Part shown: positions 25,180-36,200 of the stretch, piece after piece | Layout of the letters: each line of letters starts with the position of its first letter | Numbering within the stretch: position 1 is the first letter of the stretch | Assembly: GCF_006345805.1 (NCBI RefSeq) | Contig: NC_043005.1 | Span: forward strand, 33,852,001-33,916,000 | Direction of reading: 5' to 3' | DNA length: 64,000 bases | Source of the DNA: Octopus sinensis | Taxonomy: Eukaryota | Translations under genes and position numbers: made by a program | Notes under the pieces: generated by a model | Seen by the model: only the letters and a program-made list of their open reading frames with translations | Databases searched by the model: none | What the model was told of the DNA's origin: nothing

Positions 25180-25210
25180 CTTGCGAGGAAGGGATGGCCT
25201 CCCTTTGCAA

Positions 25211-25384
25211 ATACTCCAAGGACACAGATATTGTGTCTAGCCAGCTAGAGACGAAGATCTCTTGGGGCTATAAAGCTACAGTAACACCCCCCTCCCCAAT
25301 GTGGTTAGCCATGATAAGATGGCTTCTATACTTTACATTATCGAGCGATTACTGTTTCGATCTCATTCTGAGATTTAATTATGC
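25211..25384 (+). repeat. 174-bp direct repeat, copy 2
   Basis: See 19320-19493. Confidence 0.97.
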
Positions 25385-25879
25385 CATCTTCTATAGTTTG
25401 ACGCAAAACTGGTGCCCTTGAACAGACTCGGGTGACTAAGAAGTAACACTGTTCTCTCAAAGATTCTTGAACTCCAAAGTCAGAGCTTCAATACCAGATG
25501 CAGTTTAATGTCTGTTACTCAAGAAAGACTTACCACCCCAAAACAAGAGTAACCCGCACTGTCAGACCTCTGCACTGTCTCCGTCTATCAACCTTCACAC
25601 CCAAAGTCACGATGTAGAATCGATCCCGCAATCTTTTAGTTGCAAGGTGAATTTGTTAACGACACCTCCACATCCACTCTCATGATGTAGATGAAATGTA
25701 ATTGGTCAGATATAGTCTACAGACTTTTGCGTTACCAATTTCTGTAATATTGTCTGTTATTATAACCCCAATATGCAGGTGAGCTTACTGAAAATACCTT
25801 GATTGTCAGTTTATTTTACCGTGCCTTGCTGCTTTTGTATATTTTCATAGTTGGCTGATGATTCATCTATTTTATGTAG

Positions 25880-25931
25880 TAGTAATAATAATAATAATAA
25901 TATTAATAATAATAATAATAATAATAATAAC

Positions 25932-25962
<31 letters not shown>

Positions 25963-26250
25963 TAGTAATAATAATACTAAACTGGCAAAATGACCATTCC
26001 GAAATATAACAAAATACTAGTAATAATATTTACCCAGAATATTATCTTCACATTCTCCTCCTCCCCCTCCTCCTTCTTCTATTCCGCCTGCGTCTCCAAC
26101 CCCCTGTTCACTTTCTCCTCCTCCCATTCCTCCTTCTCCGGAAGAAGAGATGAAGAAGAGGAAGAAAGGGGAGGAGAGGGGAACGGGGAGTTGGAGACAC
26201 AGGCAGAAGAAGAAGAAGAAGAAGAAGAAGAACAACAACAACAACAACAA
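25880..26250. repeat. (AAT)n, (TCC)n and (GAA)n(CAA)n simple repeats
   Basis: Direct reading. Confidence 0.95.
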
Positions 26251-26429
26251 CTCACCCTCAGTACTAATACTTCGTTGTTCATCTCAAAAGAATGTTAAGG
26301 CAGGATTTGGGGGTCAAAATGCAAAGACGAATACTATAAGGTACTGTAGCCAACTTACAGTATGTGTGAGTATATTTATTCCTACTTGAAGGAAGAACCT
26401 ACATAATTAAAAAAGAAATATGCATACGT

Positions 26430-26486
<57 letters not shown>

Positions 26487-26849
26487 AAACGCAATGAACA
26501 ATAAAAAAGACAACTCAGTAGGCACAAGCTTTAAAAATGACTGTATTGGTTTAATTCTTAAAAGGAAGGGAAGAGTCGTGACCTTTCGGGCGTTAGTCTT
26601 TCAACAGAAGAAAAGTATAGAAGTGAGAAAGAGGAAAAGTGGTTTAGAGAAAAAGGAAAACAGAAAAAACGAGTGAAATGTTAGGAGCCTGGTGGGGATG
26701 AGAAAAGATGGGAGGAAAAAGAAAGTGCAAAAAATGGGAATGGGAGAGAGTGTAGGAAAACTATATGAAAATGAAAATGAGATAGGGATATACATATAAA
26801 TTTATGAAGTACTGAGGTCGATTCATTCAACTAAAGATTTTTCAAGGTA

Positions 26850-27020
26850 GGCGCAGGAGTGGCTGTGTGGTAAGAAGCTTGCTAACCAACCACATGGTTC
26901 CGGGTTCAGTCCCACTGCATGGCATCTTGGGCAAGTGTCTTCTGCTATAGCCTCGGGCCGACCAAAGCCTTGTGAGTGGATTTGGTAGACGGAAACTGAA
27001 AGAAGCCTGTCGTATATATG

Positions 27021-27063
<43 letters not shown>

Positions 27064-27271
27064 TTGTCCCTCATGCATTGCTTGACAACCGATGCTGGTG
27101 TGTTTATGTCCCCGTCACTTAGCGGTTCGGCAAAAGAGACCGATAGAATAAGAACTAGGCTTACAAAGAATAAGTCCCGGGGTCGATTTGCTCGACTAAA
27201 GGCGGTGCTTCAGCAAGGCCGCAGTTAAATGACTGAAACAAGTAAAAGAGTAAAGAGTAAAGAGTAAGAGT
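26850..27271 (+). mobile_element. tRNA-derived SINE family 2, full length, with internal (TA)n(TG)n and (AGTAAAG)n-like tail
   Basis: Head ggcgcaggagtggctgtgtggtaag..gggttcagtccc (A/B-box-like); tail aaggcggtgc..ggccgcag..aaatgactgaaacaagtaaaagag. Confidence 0.9.
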
Positions 27272-27324
27272 AGTGTCCCAGCATGGCCGCAGTATAAGGA
27301 CTAATATTAGTAAAAGATAAAAGT

Positions 27325-27365
<41 letters not shown>

Positions 27366-28137
27366 TGTGTGTGTGTACCCGCACATAAGCACACTGTAGA
27401 AAAGAAATTAGGAAAAGAGAAAAAAGAGAGAAAAGGATAAAAGATGTGAGACGGGGGTCGGCAGGAGAGGTCGTGGATGGGACGGTGAAATGTAAACACA
27501 CACTCAAACATACAGACAGACAGACATACAAACAGACAGACCGACAGGAATTCCCATAGACATATTATAGTAATAATTAAGGTATGGGGTGAGTGACCTG
27601 TAATATATTGTTTTTAAATGCAGCGTAGTATACAGAGAACAACTACTCCACCATCCAGTGACCTCTTTATGTCAAAAAATGCCCTAATTTGTGTCTTTTA
27701 TTAAACATCTCCGTCCATGTTCCACTTCAATTCGGTGTCAGAAAAGTAGAATGTCTTTGAATCTAAATGCTAACTTTTACCTTGTTTATATGAAAAAATG
27801 TAGGGTCACTTTGAATCCAAATGCAATGGTTTTCTGTTTCCTTTCCCCTTCATAACTTTTCTCTTCTCTCTCTCTCTCTCACGCACACACATAATACACA
27901 CATATACACACATAGTACACACATACGCATGTACACACTCATAATACACACACACACAAACATACATATTTATGCAACAAAATATTCATAAATTAGAAAA
28001 CCCTAAATGAATTTAAAACCCTACAAGAATTAGAATTTCAATAAAGGACAACTTAGAACCGCGAGAAAACAAAGCATAAACGGTTCGCAACAAACACATG
28101 AAGCGTACACATGCATCATCAGCTGTCTAACAGATAT

Positions 28138-28138
28138 C

Positions 28139-28169
<31 letters not shown>

Positions 28170-28461
28170 CGTGCGTGTGTGTGTGTGTGTGTGTGTGCGT
28201 GCGTGCGTATGTGTGTGCGTGCGTATGTGTGTGCGTGTGTGTGTGTGCGTATGTGTGTGTGCGTGCGTATGTGTGTGCGTGTGTGTGTGTGTGTGCGTGC
28301 GTGCGTGTGTGTGTGCGCGTGTGTGTGTGTGTGTGTGCGGGCGAATGTGTGTGTGCGTGTGTGTGTGTGTGAGTGTGCGTGCGTGCGTGTGTGCGTGTGT
28401 GTATGTGCGTGTGTGTGTGCGTGCGTGCGTATATGTGTGTGTGTGTGCGTATGTGTGTGGA

Positions 28462-28511
<50 letters not shown>

Positions 28512-28525
28512 TGTGTCTGTGTGTG
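28138..28525. repeat. Long imperfect (TG)n/(TGCG)n microsatellite; similar tracts at about 15710-15750, 16345-16735, 27325-27376 and 29690-29890
   Basis: Direct reading; the long VC/TH ORFs here are artefacts. Confidence 0.97.
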
Positions 28526-28726
28526 TAAGACTCATTGTTTGCGATGTCAGTGTCTAAAATGGTTAACCAGTCGTCGGAATCAGAACAGTCGATGTCTTCG
28601 TCACAGATAACTCAAAAACATGTAATGGAGTTGAACAAAGATTGGCCATCCTTCAACAGCCCAATCACATGACCAACACACGTATGTAAAGAAATAATAT
28701 CATGCACTCCAGCACACAGTGAACAT

Positions 28727-28949
28727 ACTCTTTTTACTCTTTACTCTTTTACTTGTTTCAGTCATTTGACTGCGGCCATGCTGGAGCACCGCCTTTAATC
28801 GAGCAACTCGACCCTGGGACTTATTCTATCTAAGCCCAGTACTTATTCTATCGGTCTCCTTTTGCTGAACCGCTAAGTGACGGGGACGTAAACACACCAG
28901 CATCGGTTGTCAAGCAATGCTAGGGGGACAAACACAGACACACAAACAT

Positions 28950-28982
<33 letters not shown>

Positions 28983-29080
28983 CATATATACGACAGGCTT
29001 CTTTCAGTTTCCGTCTACCAAATCCACTCACAAGGCATTGGTCGGCCCGAGGCTATAGCAGAAGACACTTGCCCAAGATG
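28727..29080 (-). mobile_element. SINE family 2, 5'-truncated
   Basis: Reverse complement of the 26850-27271 body and tail. Confidence 0.9.
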
Positions 29081-29723
29081 AGCTGCATACAATTAGAACT
29101 TGTGAAATTTGTAAAATACAACAAAAATACTAGACTTCACGGAGATTATGAACTTCTGCCACCATTGCTTCTGCCGCTAGCGACCACACGCTGTCGAATT
29201 AACAAAAACTGGTCTACCTCTTCACGAGACAAGAACTACTTCTTCAGTCTCCAACACCAGTAGTTTTGATTGCGTTTCTTAACCTTCACTAGTGTTCGAG
29301 AGAGTGTAACGTGTAAATGCCGAAAGATTTAACTAAAGAAAAGAGGAAACATATCGAAATGGAGATGTGAGGGATCGAAACTGAAAAACTGAGTACATAG
29401 AATTCTCGCAAAATGCATTTGGTACTACCTCCTCCTCCTCCTGCTGCTGCTGCTCCTGTTGCTGGCAGTGTCGGCGGCGGTGGTGGTGGTGGTACAATAA
29501 GAAGTACCATGAAAAGTGAGCGTGAAGTTTTTGAAGTTTCTTAGCAAAGAAACGGATCCGTTTTGAAAACCTTTTATCCGCATGAGAGACGCTATCCGTT
29601 CACTTTTGAAAGGATTTACCAATTCTTTCTTTCTCTTTCTCTCCCTCTTTCGCTCTCTCTTTCTTTCCTTCGCGCTCTCTCCCACCACTGTCTGTGTGTG
29701 TGTGTGTGAAAGAGAGAGAGAGT

Positions 29724-29796
<73 letters not shown>

Positions 29797-30560
29797 GTGT
29801 GTGTGAAAAAGAGAGAGAGAGTGTGTGTGAAAGAGAGAGAGAGTTTGTGTGCGTGTATGTGTGTTTATGTGCATATATGTGTATACAAACACATACACAT
29901 AACAAGTATTCACGTGAAACCGTAGGTTTTTTTCATCAGAGTTTCCCTCTCCTGAAAGTATAACAACTAGGGAATCCCTCACTCCTGTTGTTATATATAT
30001 ATAATGTATTGAGTATTAAAGGAAGTATTGAGTACTTAGTATGAAAGATTAAGAAAATGAGAGAGACTGAAAAAACGTGTTAACGATACGAGATACTTTA
30101 TTAGACTGCCGTTGTTGTACAAGGTATTTGTTGTGGCGGGAAACTTACCGAATGTCCTTGTATCAAGGGAGACAATGGGCAACGTTGATTGTTCATGTTT
30201 GTTGTGATGATTACATAACATCTTCCTTTTTTTTTTTAAATTTATTTATTTATTTTTTTTATCTGTATCTACAGGGAATAATTATTCGTCGTCCACTTTT
30301 TGTGGTTTTATTATTTTGTAGTGTTGAATTCTGTAGTTGTGCTGTTTTTGTTTTTTCATGCGTGTTTGTTGACTTTGGAAATATATTTTCATAATCTAAT
30401 TCTTCTGTTATGCGAACGTGTTCGTTTGTTTTAAGAATATGTTGTCTATTTCGTTTGACTGTATTACCTTCCTCTGTTATTACTAAGTATGTTTGGGAGA
30501 TTTGTTCGCAATGTTCTATTCATTATTTGATTTGCAGGGGATGGTGCACCATTTTGTAAT

Positions 30561-31532
30561 TTAGTCGTGCGTAATGCTAAGAGCGCTAACTGAGGTTCTT
30601 CGCCACTTTTGAATGCCTTTTTTAGCGTCTTTTTTTATTGTCTGTATATTTCTCTCAACCATGCCATTCGCTTGATGATAATGCGGGCTTGTCTTCGTGT
30701 GATGAAAATGCAAATTTTTTGCAAATTTTTTGAATTCAGCCGAATTGAATTCTGGACCGTTGTCACTTACAACTGTTTGTGGAATTCCGAATTTAGCAAA
30801 AGTTTCTTTTAATTTTTTGATTACGGTTTTTGACTGGCAATCATTTATTTCGTGTAGATCAAAAAATCTTGTTGTATAGTCAATAATTGTGACATACGAA
30901 TTTCCAGACAGGTGAAATACGTCTGTACCCACTTTGGTCCATGGTGTAGTAGGTATTTCATGATTTATTAGTGGTTCGGCTGATTGTTGGTTTTTGTAGT
31001 CGATGCAGTATGAGCATGTGTTAATCATGTCTTTGATTTGAGCGTTAATGCCAGGCCAGTATATACATTCCTTCGCTCTCTCTATGCATTTTTCGATACC
31101 CATGTGTCCGGTATGTATTTCCTGTAGAGCTTCTCTACGTAATGACTTAGGTACAATTATTCTTGAACCTTTTAGAACGAGACCATTGACGATTGATCTT
31201 TCATCACGAACGGAGACGAATGGTTTGATGTTTATTGGTATTTTGTCTTTTGGGGGCCATTCTGTTCTTGTATATGTGATGAGTGTCTGTAGTGACGGGT
31301 CGTCTGCAGTGGCTTCTTTATACTCGTTTAATTTAGTGTCGGTTATGGGGTAATTTTTTATTACTGCATGTATGTGCGATTTCATATCTTCGTCTGATAC
31401 TTCTGGAGTATTTTGCTCAAGGTATGCACGTGATAGGGTATCTGCAACAATTGATTCTTTACCAGGTATGTGGTTTAGGTCAAAATCGTATCTTTGTAAT
31501 GTTAGTAGAAATCTTTGGATTCTGGGGGACAT
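30561..31532 (-). CDS. Gypsy integrase (H2C2 zinc finger plus rve core)
   Basis: HTGHMGIEKC..CSYC, VGTDVF, IIDYTTRF, VSDNGPEF, SPHYHQANGMVER. Confidence 0.95.
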   Translation of the reverse strand: MSPRIQRFLLTLQRYDFDLNHIPGKESIVADTLSRAYLEQNTPEVSDEDMKSHIHAVIKNYPITDTKLNEYKEATADDPSLQTLITYTRTEWPPKDKIPINIKPFVSVRDERSIVNGLVLKGSRIIVPKSLRREALQEIHTGHMGIEKCIERAKECIYWPGINAQIKDMINTCSYCIDYKNQQSAEPLINHEIPTTPWTKVGTDVFHLSGNSYVTIIDYTTRFFDLHEINDCQSKTVIKKLKETFAKFGIPQTVVSDNGPEFNSAEFKKFAKNLHFHHTKTSPHYHQANGMVERNIQTIKKDAKKGIQKWRRTSVSALSITHD

Positions 31533-33505
31533 TTAGTGATCGATTTTTTGAATATTTGCTTCAACGGTTTATGGTCATTTTCGATTCTGAAATGAGTTCC
31601 GTATATAAACTGATGAAATTTCTTGCATGCGAAAACTATACTGAGAGCTTCGCTCTCTATCGGACAGTAGTTTGCTTGAGTTGTTGCACGAGATGCAAAC
31701 GAAACAGGTAGCCATCTTTCGTTGTGTTTCTGCTCAAGTATCGCTCCGAGCCCATGCTTACTAGCATCTGTAGTTATTTTTATTGGTAGATCTGGATTAT
31801 AAAATTGTAGCACTGGTTTTCTGGTAATCATTTCTTTTATCTTTTTTATTGCTTCGATTTGTGGTTTGTCGAATGACCATAACGTGTCACTCTGTAGAAG
31901 CTGGCGTAATGGTGCTGTAACTTCGGAGTAATTTGATAAAAATTTACATAGGTAATTTGTCATACCTAGGAATCTTTGTAATTCTTTTTTACTTGTTGGC
32001 AGTGGCATGTGAATGATTGCTTGTACTTTGGTTGGATCTTGTTTTATCCCTTCGCTGGTTAATAGATACCCAAGGTACGTGATTTGTGATTCATAGAAGA
32101 TACACTTTGATTTATTTAACTTTAATCCGTGCTTTCGGATTCGATCGAAAACTTGTTGTAGTCTATTTGTGTGTTCTTCTAAAGTGCTGGACCAGATTAT
32201 GATGTCATCCTGTGAATTTTTTGCTCCTTCTATGCCCTCTATTATTTTTGCAATTTCTTTTTGGAAAACTTCACTGGCGCTGTGAATTCCAAAGGGTAGT
32301 CGTGTGAAGCGATACCTTCCAAAAGGTGTGTTGAACGTTAACAGATGGGTGCTTTCTTCGTCAACTGGAATTTGCCAGTATCCATTAGTTGCATCGAGTT
32401 TCGAAAAATATTTAGGGTTATGCATTTGTGCAAAAATGTCCTCCGCTGTAGGGAGTTTGAAATGTTGCCTTTTTATGGCTTTGTTTAGATTCTTGGGGTC
32501 TAAACAGAGTCGGAGTTTTCCGTTGGCTTTTTCAACGACGACTAGGGAATTTACCCAGTCTGTAGGTTCACTAACAGGTTTTATGATACCTAATTCTGTC
32601 ATTCTTTTTAATTCTTTGTTGAGTTTTTCTTTTATAGAAAAAGGAACCGATCTTGGTGGATGAATTACAGGAGTTATTTGTGGATCCACTGTGATATGAT
32701 GTGTTATTGACAAAGTGCCGATTTCTCCGAAACAGTCTTCATATTTTTCTATTATGTCGTTTGTGTTCGATGAGTATATTTTTGAAATTCTCTGAATTAG
32801 GTTCAGATCTTTAGCTGTCTTTGCATCTATAACTGCGTGCGAGTTTGTTTTTGCAACAATGAATTTTATTTGTTTTGATAATTCTTTGTATTTAATGACT
32901 GCTGTGCATTTTCCTAGCACTTTTATAGCTGTGTTATTGTAAGCTGATAATCGAGTTGAGGTTTTTTGCAGTTGTGGTTTTGGAATTATATTTCTATATT
33001 CTCTGAATGGCAATACGGTTACGTCTGCTCCAGTATCAATTTTGAATGTTACATTCGAGTTGTTCACTTTTAGTTCGACCGTCCAAATGTCTTTTGGAGT
33101 CTTGAATTTTTCGATTTTGTGCACGCGGGAATTATTTGCAGTGATCATTTCGAGTGCATGTGTATCGTCATCTGATTCATCGTCGGTATGTATCTCTACT
33201 TTATGTACACATTTTCTTGATTTGCACATTTTTGCATAGTGTCCTTGTTTCTCGCATTTTTCACATGTCTTGTGGAATACTGGGCATTTCTTTCTTTTGT
33301 GATTATAACCACAATAGTGACAGTTAGTGACGTAGTGTTGACTTGGCGCTTGAAACTTCGCGGGCTTTCTGTCACTTCCGCCTTGTTCGTTTTGATGTCT
33401 GGATTGCATATGGCGAGTTATTTGAGTTTTGGCGCCTTTTCTGTCGTGTTGACTATATACCCTCGAGATTCCGTTATCTCTTGTTTCGGATGTGGCATTT
33501 AGCAT
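31502..33505 (-). CDS. Gypsy gag knuckle, protease, RT, RNase H
   Basis: CHYCGYNH, FKIDTGADV, LRLCLDPKNLN, FSKLDATNGYW, RLPFGIHSASEVFQ, SQDD, TDASKHGLGA, DHKPL. Confidence 0.95.
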   Translation of the reverse strand: MLNATSETRDNGISRVYSQHDRKGAKTQITRHMQSRHQNEQGGSDRKPAKFQAPSQHYVTNCHYCGYNHKRKKCPVFHKTCEKCEKQGHYAKMCKSRKCVHKVEIHTDDESDDDTHALEMITANNSRVHKIEKFKTPKDIWTVELKVNNSNVTFKIDTGADVTVLPFREYRNIIPKPQLQKTSTRLSAYNNTAIKVLGKCTAVIKYKELSKQIKFIVAKTNSHAVIDAKTAKDLNLIQRISKIYSSNTNDIIEKYEDCFGEIGTLSITHHITVDPQITPVIHPPRSVPFSIKEKLNKELKRMTELGIIKPVSEPTDWVNSLVVVEKANGKLRLCLDPKNLNKAIKRQHFKLPTAEDIFAQMHNPKYFSKLDATNGYWQIPVDEESTHLLTFNTPFGRYRFTRLPFGIHSASEVFQKEIAKIIEGIEGAKNSQDDIIIWSSTLEEHTNRLQQVFDRIRKHGLKLNKSKCIFYESQITYLGYLLTSEGIKQDPTKVQAIIHMPLPTSKKELQRFLGMTNYLCKFLSNYSEVTAPLRQLLQSDTLWSFDKPQIEAIKKIKEMITRKPVLQFYNPDLPIKITTDASKHGLGAILEQKHNERWLPVSFASRATTQANYCPIESEALSIVFACKKFHQFIYGTHFRIENDHKPLKQIFKKSITKCPPESKDFY

Positions 33506-33517
33506 CCTTGATTGGAG

Positions 33518-34060
33518 TCATGTTTGCTCTACACTCTGACCTGCTTGAATTGTTTTTCGTAAGTCTAAATTTGGTTCTCTCAACAATCTTTCTCTTAATC
33601 TCATGTCTCTGATTCCACATATCAGAATATCTCTGGTGAGACTGTCTGTGAGGTTGCCGAATTCGCACTGTTGTGCCTTTTGGCGCAACTCTACCACGTA
33701 CTCATCGAATTTTTGATGTTCCGCTTGTCCACATGTGAAGAATTTGTGTCTCAGGAAAGTTATGTTTTTCCTGGGTTCACAATATGCATCGAATTTTTCG
33801 ATTACTGTTTGAAGGTTCATTTCTTCGTCGGGTGAATCGAAATCCAGAGTGGAATGGATGTCTCGGCCTTTGGAACCGATGCAAGTTAAAAACATTGAAG
33901 TTTTTACTTTGTCTGGCTTTATGTCACTTTCTGTTGCTATCAAAAAGAGATTGAATTCTTTTTTCCACTTTTTCCATGCTACGGCTAGATTTTCTTGATT
34001 AAAGTCTAGGTCTTTTGGATGCGGTAAATTTTCCATTTCGTCTTTGAAGTATGATTTCAA
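33518..34060 (-). CDS. Gypsy gag N-terminal part
   Basis: WKKWKKEFNLFL..YCEPRKNITFLRHKF..CEFGNL..LIRD-like RDILICGIRD..LLREPNL. Confidence 0.9.
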   Translation of the reverse strand: MKSYFKDEMENLPHPKDLDFNQENLAVAWKKWKKEFNLFLIATESDIKPDKVKTSMFLTCIGSKGRDIHSTLDFDSPDEEMNLQTVIEKFDAYCEPRKNITFLRHKFFTCGQAEHQKFDEYVVELRQKAQQCEFGNLTDSLTRDILICGIRDMRLRERLLREPNLDLRKTIQAGQSVEQT

Positions 34061-34837
34061 CTTCTTTTTTTCTTTTGGTTTCTGTATTTTGGGTTCTTTT
34101 AGTATTCTGACACCATATTGTTGTTATATATATATATAATGTATTGAGTATTAAAGGAAGTATTGAGTACTTAGTATGAAAGATTAAGAAAATGAGAGAG
34201 ACTGAAAAAACGTGTTAACGATACGAGATACTTTATTAGACTGCTGTTGTTGTACAAGGTATTTGTTGTGGCGGGAAACTTACTGAATGTCCTTGTATCA
34301 AGGGAGACAATGGGCAACGTTGATTGTTCATGTTTGTTGTGATGATTACATAACAACTCCCGGTAGTTTTTATGAACATGCTAATTAGCCCATTGCTGGT
34401 ACCCTGGCAGGCACTACTACTCCGGATTAGAGTAGGCTTGGGAACAATAGTAGCTAGGAAGTCGTTGCACACACCTCAAAACACAGGAACTCCCGTATTA
34501 GGATCCCGTTACTTGATGCAGTTTAAAGTTATGCCCGGTCATCTCGCTTCGGCGTATCCCCAGATACTATTCACCGAAACTCAGGGTGGTGCACCTGTAG
34601 TACGAGAGTTTATCACTATAATCCAATAACGTACAGATGTCCATTTGGAGTGACCTCATTTGTTATTTGTCATTCCATTTACTTAAAATCTTAACGCGGT
34701 GGAAGAGCGGCGACGTATGCAAATCTTACCACTTGGAAGCACACAGTTACAAAGCAGCGGAACTGAATAGTTGTCCGAGAAGTCATGGACGGAACGTCAG
34801 AAATACCATTGATAACAAGGGAACACAAGAGAAGATG

Positions 34838-35189
34838 GGTACTTGTATCGCAGAGTGGTCCCGGTTTGCGCACACGCGCAGACGCGCGTCCGTGCTAGCC
34901 AGACGTAGGCAGTCGATCCTACGAGCTGACTGGCGCATGCACGATATATACGATATATACTTGTATCGATAAATACATGTATACGATATATACTTGTATA
35001 TATACGATATATACTTGTATCGCACGTCCCCGATTCGCGCGCGCGAATCGGGGACGTGCGATACAAGTATATATCGTATATATCGTGCATGCGCCAATCA
35101 GTTCGTAGGATCGACTGCCTACGTCTGGCTAGCGCGGACGCGCGTCTGCGCGTGTGTGCAAACCGGGACCACTCTGCGATACAAGTACC
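34838..35189. mobile_element. Spacerless palindromic MITE with a 9-bp TSD (Merlin- or MULE-type)
   Basis: GGTAC..GTACC termini; TSD gagaagatg at 34829-34837 and 35190-35198; symmetry centre at 35040/35041. Confidence 0.85.
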
Positions 35190-35208
35190 GAGAAGATGGA
35201 GCAAACAC

Positions 35209-35263
<55 letters not shown>

Positions 35264-35269
<6 letters not shown>

Positions 35270-35404
35270 ATCGCCATATTAATATGGCAGTCTTATAGAT
35301 ATAAGACTAAAAGCTGTCGCTGATTAGCTCCATGAGGCCATCGCCTTAAGATACCTATTAGTCTTATATCTATAAGACTGCCATATTAATATGGCGATAA
35401 CAAT
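35264..35404. repeat. 47-bp perfect inverted repeat with a 47-nt spacer, next to (TA)n
   Basis: 35264-35310 is the reverse complement of 35358-35404. Confidence 0.95.
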
Positions 35405-35478
35405 TAATTTCCAGTAACGCTGCCGTAATCTCTTTTAGAGAGACTTAGTAATTTTAATATTTCTATTTTATATATATA

Positions 35479-35532
<54 letters not shown>

Positions 35533-35667
35533 ATATATATATATATATATATATATATCGCTTAAGTGCAAAACTGCTGACTGATAACTGATGAGGACTT
35601 GGTGACCATCTGTGTCTGTTTCCCGTTTGTTTGTACATTTATCATGTTTTTAATTCGTGTGTGTGTA

Positions 35668-36200
35668 GTGGCTTCACGCAAGCATAGCGTGGATTCGATC
35701 CTCGATAGCCAAATTTCACTTAACAGTTCAACAGGACTTTTCTCGCGGTAAAACAATAATTTTTTCTGTGAGTGACAGCAGTTACATTTACCATATGCCT
35801 TCGCTAAGTATAATGTCTTTGCCACTTGCCCCTTCTAACCTCTTCTAGGCCACCAAAAGCCAGTTAACTGACCGCCAACGAAATCTGTCGTTCTCAACAA
35901 TATGTCTATCCTTCTGGTTGGTTTTGGATAGTTATAAAAACAAGAACTCCGTAAGCAAAAGTTAGGGAGAACCGAGTCTGGCTGACCGGCTGAACAAAAC
36001 GCCGTCTCTCAAGGAAAAGGTACAAAAGGACAACTATGGTAACTCACCAACGAAGCAGTTATTTCGTCACACTACTCTCACTTTCACGAACTCACTTTCT
36101 TTTCTCTGTAGAATTACCATATCTCTCTATATATACTACTATGATAATGTACACACATACCGGCTGAAATTAACTTTCTTTACCTTGCATGCTTTACGAA
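35668..36200 (+). repeat. LTR-like dispersed repeat; related copies at about 37870-38218 (internally deleted) and 49820-50461 (diverged)
   Basis: Shared gtggattcgatcc..atagcc, cttttc.cacgg, cgcatgcttt and aataaa..ttaca blocks. Confidence 0.7.

Larger units (their letters stand above)
29986..34355 (-). mobile_element. Near-complete young Ty3/Gypsy (K02A2.6/Mag-like) LTR retrotransposon, 4370 bp
   Basis: LTRs 29986-30220 and 34119-34355 (TG..CA, two substitutions plus one TA unit difference seen); 5-bp TSD ACTCC at 29981-29985 and 34356-34360; PBS tggtgtcagaa at 34105-34115 (tRNA-Leu complement); polypurine tract next to 30221. Confidence 0.97.

Noticed and set aside
25103-25210. HDV-like ribozyme on the minus strand (TTCCTCGC resembles L3)
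   Set aside because: P3 is mismatched, and no P1, P1.1 GG or P2 partner could be found
19320-25384. Classical LTR retrotransposon
   Set aside because: Repeats lack TG..CA, no PBS or PPT, and the enclosed ORFs are APE-RT of a LINE with its own inner TSD
28111-28610. Long VC/TH-rich ORFs (also 16326-16865, 29425-29982, 62818-63691)
   Set aside because: Translations of dinucleotide microsatellites
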